Shown here: positions 59,274 to 64,000 of the stretch, piece by piece
Layout of the letters: each line of letters begins with the position of its first letter
How positions within the stretch are numbered: the stretch's first letter is position 1
Source of the DNA: Candidatus Peribacteria bacterium RIFCSPHIGHO2_01_FULL_51_35
Lineage (GTDB): Bacteria; Patescibacteriota; Gracilibacteria; Peribacterales; Peribacteraceae
NCBI GenBank assembly: GCA_001787535.1
Contig: MFXP01000015.1
Coordinates: 22,549 to 86,548 of the forward strand
Reading direction: 5' to 3'
DNA length: 64,000 bases
Program-made: the position numbers and the translations under genes
Notes under the pieces: generated by a model
Told to the model about the DNA's origin: nothing
Seen by the model: the letters and a program-made list of their open reading frames with translations, nothing else
Databases searched by the model: none

Positions 59274-59580
59274 ACCCCGCAGCAGTTTGACTATAAACGG
59301 TATGTTGCTGATCAGCTCATAAACAGTAGTCAGCATTGTCCAAACTGGTGCGGGGTCTACAGCAGGGTCTTCTGATTCTCTTCCACCTTTGTCCGGCGAC
59401 AAAGGTGGAGCCAAAACGCCGGCGCGCCAATAGCTCCTCCACCCGACCCAGCGCCTCCTCGTCGGCTCCTCCAAGCCACGGTCGCTCGCGAGCGACGTGG
59501 CAAGGCTTCGGAGCCGACTCGTCGTCCACGCTGCGGCGTGAAGCTGGGTCTTCCCCTTCACCCCCCGTGGCGCGCCACCC
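59274..59580. ncRNA. Candidate structured ncRNA, family not recognised
   Basis: Three long imperfect hairpins: 59274-59356, 59383-59408, 59421-59576. Confidence 0.4.
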
Positions 59581-59629
59581 TCCCAGCTCAATTAATGTGA
59601 GTGATATGTGATGTGCTATTCTGCACTCC

Positions 59630-59770
59630 ATGCAACGTTCTGAATTCACTGTTCCGGAGCTCCTGCTTCTTCTCACGGTCATCGCCGTGACTGTGGGAGT
59701 GACAGTGCCGCTTGTGCGAATCTCGCTTGCTTCCATGGAATCCTCAACCCTGTTGAGAACCGCGGAATAG
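59630..59770 (+). CDS. 46-aa pilin-like peptide
   Basis: MQRSEFTVPELLLLLTVIAVTVGVTVP; directly upstream of pilin. Confidence 0.5.
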   Translation: MQRSEFTVPELLLLLTVIAVTVGVTVPLVRISLASMESSTLLRTAE

Positions 59771-59825
59771 TTCCCGCGTGCAAAGGATTTACGATACAAT
59801 GAGCCGCATCCGTTCCTCTTTCTCT

Positions 59826-60278
59826 ATGAAGTTCCGCTCGTCCCCAGGTTTCACCCTCATTGAGCTGTTGCTCGTCATCGGCATCATCGCCATCTTGGCG
59901 GCCATCGTCATCGTCGCATTGGACCCACCCAAGCGCCTGGCGGAGGCCCGCGATTCGCAGCGGAACACCGATGTGAACGCCATCATGAGCGTCGTTTACA
60001 GCTACATGATCGATACGAATGCACTGCCAAAAACCATCACGACCACGGAAAAAGAAATCTGTCGTTTCTCCGTGCCGACAGCGGAGTGCACTGCGGACAA
60101 CGGCGTAAGCCTCCGTATGTTATCCGGCGCGTATTTGGCAAACCTCCCCGCCGATCCACTCCTCCCAAGAACCAGCACGGGAACGAACTACACCATCAAG
60201 AAAGATGCCGGCGGCAAAGTGACCATAAAGGCATGGAGAACGGAACAAGCGTCGGAAGTGATCAGTGTGACGCGGTGA
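59826..60278 (+). CDS. Type IV pilin / pseudopilin
   Basis: GFTLIELLLVIGIIAILAAIV, ARDSQR, LPADP. Confidence 0.93.
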   Translation: MKFRSSPGFTLIELLLVIGIIAILAAIVIVALDPPKRLAEARDSQRNTDVNAIMSVVYSYMIDTNALPKTITTTEKEICRFSVPTAECTADNGVSLRMLSGAYLANLPADPLLPRTSTGTNYTIKKDAGGKVTIKAWRTEQASEVISVTR

Positions 60279-60294
60279 TCTTTAAAAATATTTC

Positions 60295-60326
60295 AAAAAA
60301 GCCTCTTCGTGTTGAAGAGGTTTCTT
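60295..60326. terminator. Terminator between pilin and rnpB
   Basis: AAAAAAG-CCTCTTC-GTGTT-GAAGAGG-TTTCTT. Confidence 0.7.
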
Positions 60327-60827
60327 TGTCCGCTCTTTCCTACGCCGGGTTCTGTCGTCGGTTGACTCTTATGCATCAGGAGTTAACCGAGGATGATCAT
60401 CTCTCTTGGACGGCAATTGCTCGCCGCCTCAAGCGGAGGGGTCTCTGGACTCGGGGAACCGCGAGGGATTCCGAAGACCCAAATCCTCCTTACACCACCT
60501 AGAGTTTACCAAGTCCCTTGCGGGGTCCTCCATTCTAGCTGGAGGCGTTTCACATGCCCTTGCGGGCTCGTCTCTGTGGTACTGGTCCTCACGCGTCTTT
60601 ACCGAATATATGATGCGCGGATGGGCGTTACCCACTAGGCGTTCCTACGACGACGGCTTGCCCTGAGAGAGCGAAGCGAATCGAAGGGTGCCCGGACGTT
60701 CCTCCCGCCTGCGCTCCTCACTTCGTTCGGAGCTACGGCGGGCAGGCTCCTTATGCACGGAGCTTGCCCACCGAAGTCTCTTTGCGAAGCAAAGAGCGTA
60801 GGCGGGCGATCATCGAAAGAGCGGACA
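60327..60827 (-). ncRNA. rnpB: RNase P RNA, enlarged (~501 nt)
   Basis: 13-bp P1 (60815-60827 / 60327-60339), P2 GAUGAUC/GAUCAUC, GAGGAACGUCCGGG and ACAGAACCCGGCGUA conserved regions. Confidence 0.93.
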
Positions 60828-60892
60828 TCTATTCTCTCATAAATCAGCTTCTTTTTCAAGATAGACATTACATACTCTATAATCCACATCGC

Positions 60893-60968
60893 GCCGCTGT
60901 AGCTCAGTTGGTAGAGCAACTCACTTGTAATGAGTAGGTCACCGGTTCAAATCCGGTCAGCGGCTCCA
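60893..60968 (+). tRNA. tRNA-Thr(TGT)
   Basis: GCCGCTG..CAGCGGC-TCCA, anticodon loop CT-TGT-AA. Confidence 0.97.
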
Positions 60969-61010
60969 TAAAAAATTGACGTGCAAGGGATTTCCCTGTT
61001 TATTTTGCGT

Positions 61011-61139
61011 ATGTCCGGGGGAATCCACGCAGGCACTTCCTCTCCAGATCTCGAACTCTCAGTCGATTCACTTTATTTTTGGACACGAAAACGTGAGAAC
61101 AAGACGTGGATAGAAGCGAGAGACAGGGATAATAATCCT
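61011..61139 (+). pseudogene. 5' fragment of IS200-interrupted hypothetical gene
   Basis: 43 open codons up to the IS left end; joins in frame with 61778. Confidence 0.6.
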
Positions 61140-61777
61140 TGAATAAACCCCCGGCTCTGCCGGGGGAGTCCGGCTGGTTCTACCGTTCCGGGATTTTGCG
61201 TACAGTGAAAAGAGGGAAAGCTCCGAGCAGGGCATTACCCTCTTTTCAATCATGCGCTCATTCGCATCACAGAGTCATGTGGTATGGGACTGTAAATACC
61301 ACGTGGTCATTGTACCAAAGTACCGAAAGAAAAAACTCTACGGAGACACCCGCCAGCGCATTGGCCAGATCATCCGCAAACTTGCAGAAGAACGGCATAT
61401 CGTCGTTCTCGAAGGCCATGCGATGCCCGACCATATTCATCTTGTCCTCTCCATCCCACCCAGAGAAAGCGTCGCTGATGTCATGGGCTTCCTCAAAGGA
61501 AAAAGTGCTATCAGGGCACACTTTGAATTCTCAAAGAGGAAAGCACCGACACAACAGAAGCACTTCTGGAGCAGAGGCTACTTCGTCTCCACAGTAGGAA
61601 TCGATGAGGAGATGATCCGGAAGTACGTGAGAAACCAAGATGACAATGACAAGAGAGAGAACAACAACCCACCACTTGATCTGTACTGGAATTAGTGGTC
61701 ACCAGCTTTGAGTCTCTTTAGTAGCCCCTTCTAGGGGCTTTCCCGCAAAGCTACCGGCTCTGCCGGTAGTTGATTAC
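61140..61777 (+). mobile_element. IS200/IS605-family element (tnpA only)
   Basis: Subterminal hairpins CCCCCGGC-TCT-GCCGGGGG (61148-61166) and CTACCGGC-TCT-GCCGGTAG (61751-61769); exact ends inferred. Confidence 0.88.
61252..61695 (+). CDS. tnpA: IS200/IS605 Y1 transposase
   Basis: CKYHVVIVPKYR, PDHIHL, LKGKS, FWSRGYFVSTVG, YVRNQ. Confidence 0.97.
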   Translation: MRSFASQSHVVWDCKYHVVIVPKYRKKKLYGDTRQRIGQIIRKLAEERHIVVLEGHAMPDHIHLVLSIPPRESVADVMGFLKGKSAIRAHFEFSKRKAPTQQKHFWSRGYFVSTVGIDEEMIRKYVRNQDDNDKRENNNPPLDLYWN

Positions 61778-62320
61778 TTTTCCTATATTGAATTTGATGA
61801 AGCAGCATTTTCGGACAATCCCTTGGCGTATCTTCGGGGACAATTGGAAGCGCTGCAGGGCTATTTCCGTATCATTGCCAATCACTATGACGATCTGAAT
61901 GGGGAATATAAATTTGAGAGCGCGAGAAAAGAAAATTTAATAAAGCAAGTGGAGGCAATGGCTTTCATGTTCGGGAAGCGATTCGCTGACCAATTTCTTC
62001 TTAGTGAAAGAGGTATGGAGGAGCTGCGATCGTTATGGACGCGTTTTCGAACGCTTGAACCTGCTTTGGCTGAGGATCTTCAAGGGTTAGCTGCCGATGA
62101 AGAAAAATACCGCTCTCTACAAGTACAATTTGAGCTGTTACTGGAGAATTTCAAACATTTGCGTGCAGAGTGCATGGATACATTTCATAAGCATGCTGCC
62201 GATGTCTGTATTAAGCAGATTGAGAATATCAATCAAAAACACTCTCGATTAGAGACCCTCACGGCGCATTTTCGCGAAGTACGGGAAGAATATTGCAAAC
62301 TTTTGCTGAACCGGAGTTGA
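61778..62320 (+). pseudogene. 3' fragment of IS200-interrupted coiled-coil hypothetical gene
   Basis: Frame open from the IS right end, no ATG start near it. Confidence 0.6.
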
Positions 62321-62348
62321 AATTTATGGAGTCTGTTACACTGCTCCC

Positions 62349-63743
62349 GTGAAGAAATCAGAAGCAATCTTCGGCATCCTCCGGATCCCGATGGATGGCC
62401 TTTCGGCATTGGCGGCCATCCTGTTGGCGTACCGGCTGCGTGAGGCGAACATAGACCTCCTGCCCCGCATTCAGCTGCTGGAACCTGCGACGACGCTGCC
62501 TCCCATCGGCTACTTCTTCGAGACGTTCGTCGTGCCGAGCATCCTCATTTTCCTGGTGATTGCCGCGCTGCTTCGGCTGTACTCACTTGGCTCCACACTC
62601 AGTGCCTGGAACGAAGTGGGGAGGCTTCTGGTCGCGGCCGCGCTCTGGCTCGTCGTTATCATCGGGTGGTATTTCCTCATTAAGAAACAACTGTTCTACT
62701 CGCGCGCGCTTCTGCTGCACGCCGTTTTTTTCCTCGCATTTTTCTCCATCCTGGGGCGAACGGCATTGCTGCTCCTGGAACGCAGTTTCCTGCGGCTGGG
62801 CATGGGACGTCATCTCGTCATTTCCGTCGGTCAGCAACCGCTCACCGCTTCCGCCAAGGATTTCGTGGAGCACGATCTGCGCTACCGTTATTTGGGACAT
62901 GTGCAACATTTGGAAAATCTCAAACGGTTTCTTCACACGCACACGCTGGATCTGGCGATCCATACGGATCCGAATCCGCGCAGCGACGACACCGTCGCGC
63001 TCATCGATTACTGCCGCAGCCACCACATCGGGTACGGATTTTTGCCTCCCGTTCTGGCCGATGTTCCGCACCAGCTGCGAGTGGAGCGCTTGGGGCTTGT
63101 GCCGCTCATTCGCTTCCAACCGACGCCGTTGGATGGCTGGGGACGCGTCTTTAAGCGCCTGTTCGATCTTGCAGGGTCGCTGGTGCTGCTCATCGTTCTT
63201 CTTCCCATTCTTCTCCTCATTGCGATCGCAATTGTCATCGATTCCGGTTGGCCGATCTTCTATATCTCCACGCGCATTGGAGAGAACGGCCGCAGGCGCA
63301 TCCGCATTGTGAAATTCCGTTCGATGTACAAGGATGCCGATCGCAAGAAGGCGGATCTCACGCAATTCAATCATCGTCGCGATGGTCCGCTCTTTAAAAT
63401 AAAGAATGATCCGCGCGTGACGCGCGTGGGAAAATTCTTGCGCCGCTGGACGCTGGATGAACTCCCGCAACTCGTGAATGTGATCTTCGGGCAAGTGTCG
63501 CTCGTCGGGCCGCGGCCGCATCTGCCGGAGGAAGTGGAGCGGTATTCACCACTGGAGCGCCGCGTCTTCGCCGTGAAACCGGGGATCACGGGGCTTGCGC
63601 AGATTTCCGGGAGATCGGATTTGAAATTCGAGGAAGAGATGCGGCTGGATCTTCGCTACATTGAAGAATGGTCGATCCTCTTCGATTTGTGGATCCTCTG
63701 GAGAACCCTTTTTGCGGTGATTTCGAGGAAGGGGGCGGACTAA
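62349..63743 (+). CDS. Polyprenyl glycosylphosphotransferase (WcaJ/CpsE-like sugar transferase)
   Basis: [39 protein letters not shown]. Confidence 0.95.
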   Translation: MKKSEAIFGILRIPMDGLSALAAILLAYRLREANIDLLPRIQLLEPATTLPPIGYFFETFVVPSILIFLVIAALLRLYSLGSTLSAWNEVGRLLVAAALWLVVIIGWYFLIKKQLFYSRALLLHAVFFLAFFSILGRTALLLLERSFLRLGMGRHLVISVGQQPLTASAKDFVEHDLRYRYLGHVQHLENLKRFLHTHTLDLAIHTDPNPRSDDTVALIDYCRSHHIGYGFLPPVLADVPHQLRVERLGLVPLIRFQPTPLDGWGRVFKRLFDLAGSLVLLIVLLPILLLIAIAIVIDSGWPIFYISTRIGENGRRRIRIVKFRSMYKDADRKKADLTQFNHRRDGPLFKIKNDPRVTRVGKFLRRWTLDELPQLVNVIFGQVSLVGPRPHLPEEVERYSPLERRVFAVKPGITGLAQISGRSDLKFEEEMRLDLRYIEEWSILFDLWILWRTLFAVISRKGAD

Positions 63744-63745
63744 CG

Positions 63746-63829
63746 AGCAGAAAGCGCAGAGCAGAAAGCAGAGAACAATTATTCATATCTTACTTTTTGC
63801 TTTTTGCTCTTTGCTCTTTGCTTTATGCT
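63746..63829. repeat. Inverted heptamer array (AGCAGAA)n..(TTTGCTC)n
   Basis: Same family as 7005-7090; begins 3 nt after a stop codon. Confidence 0.85.
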
Positions 63830-63875
63830 ACCAAAGGATTTTTGTTGCATTCCCCCAAACCTCTCTCGTTCTCCC

Positions 63876-64000
63876 ATGCCTCCTCGCATTTCTCTCCAAC
63901 ACATCATGGGCGCCTTCTTTGGTGTCCTCCTCCTTATTCTTCTGTACCAAGCTGTGCGCGTGGCAAAAGCTCCTGTGATCGTGCAGGACGCGGAAGCCGC
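63876..64000 (+). CDS. Hypothetical membrane protein, 3' truncated
   Basis: MPPRISLQHIMGAFFGVLLLILLYQAV, open to window end. Confidence 0.5.
   Translation, partial: MPPRISLQHIMGAFFGVLLLILLYQAVRVAKAPVIVQDAEA

Noticed and set aside
59346..59357. tRNA-like 3' end GACCCCGCACCA on minus strand
   Set aside because: No T-arm or cloverleaf; it is one arm of the 59274-59356 hairpin.
59226..59591. ZTP riboswitch or 121-aa N-terminal extension of PurH
   Set aside because: Could not find the ZTP consensus by eye; PurH homology starts at MIKRALLS (59225) with a -10 box just upstream.
1931..63829. CRISPR arrays
   Set aside because: Repeats are 7-9-nt tandem units or single palindromes with no repeat-spacer periodicity; no cas genes.
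1..64000. Alternative genetic code 25 (TGA=Gly)
   Set aside because: Conserved genes such as ftsW, murB, ssb, tsaC, mfd, dnaN and pyrB end at TGA at expected lengths, and no core gene is split by TGA.

Overview
Chromosomal segment of a Patescibacteria (CPR) bacterium, most likely Peribacteria/Peregrinibacteria. This assignment is inferred from gene content (pyrBCF, purH, murABG/ftsW, type IV pilin, SLH and LPxSG surface proteins), standard TGA stop usage and the apparent lack of Shine-Dalgarno leaders. It carries housekeeping genes (dnaE, dnaN, mfd, aspS, gltX, rnj, smpB, recR, tandem-OB ssb), a DnaA-box cluster upstream of dnaN with no dnaA beside it, three tRNAs, a ~500-nt RNase P RNA, an IS200 that splits a gene, and a five-gene operon of unknown Cys-rich secreted proteins. 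The most striking signal is a set of tiny selfish-looking elements. (i) A four-helix-bundle (IVP/Avd-like) gene is bracketed by inverted heptamer arrays, while gene-less inverted 7/8/9-mer arrays occur at about nine other sites, two of them from the same heptamer family. (ii) GIY-YIG genes sit at tRNA 3' ends, one with a duplicated tRNA end. (iii) A DUF559 gene and a RAYT gene each have their own palindromes. (iv) The palindromes have inserted into RNase P RNA, a tRNA-end copy, coding sequences and each other. All calls come from reading the sequence; no searches were run.
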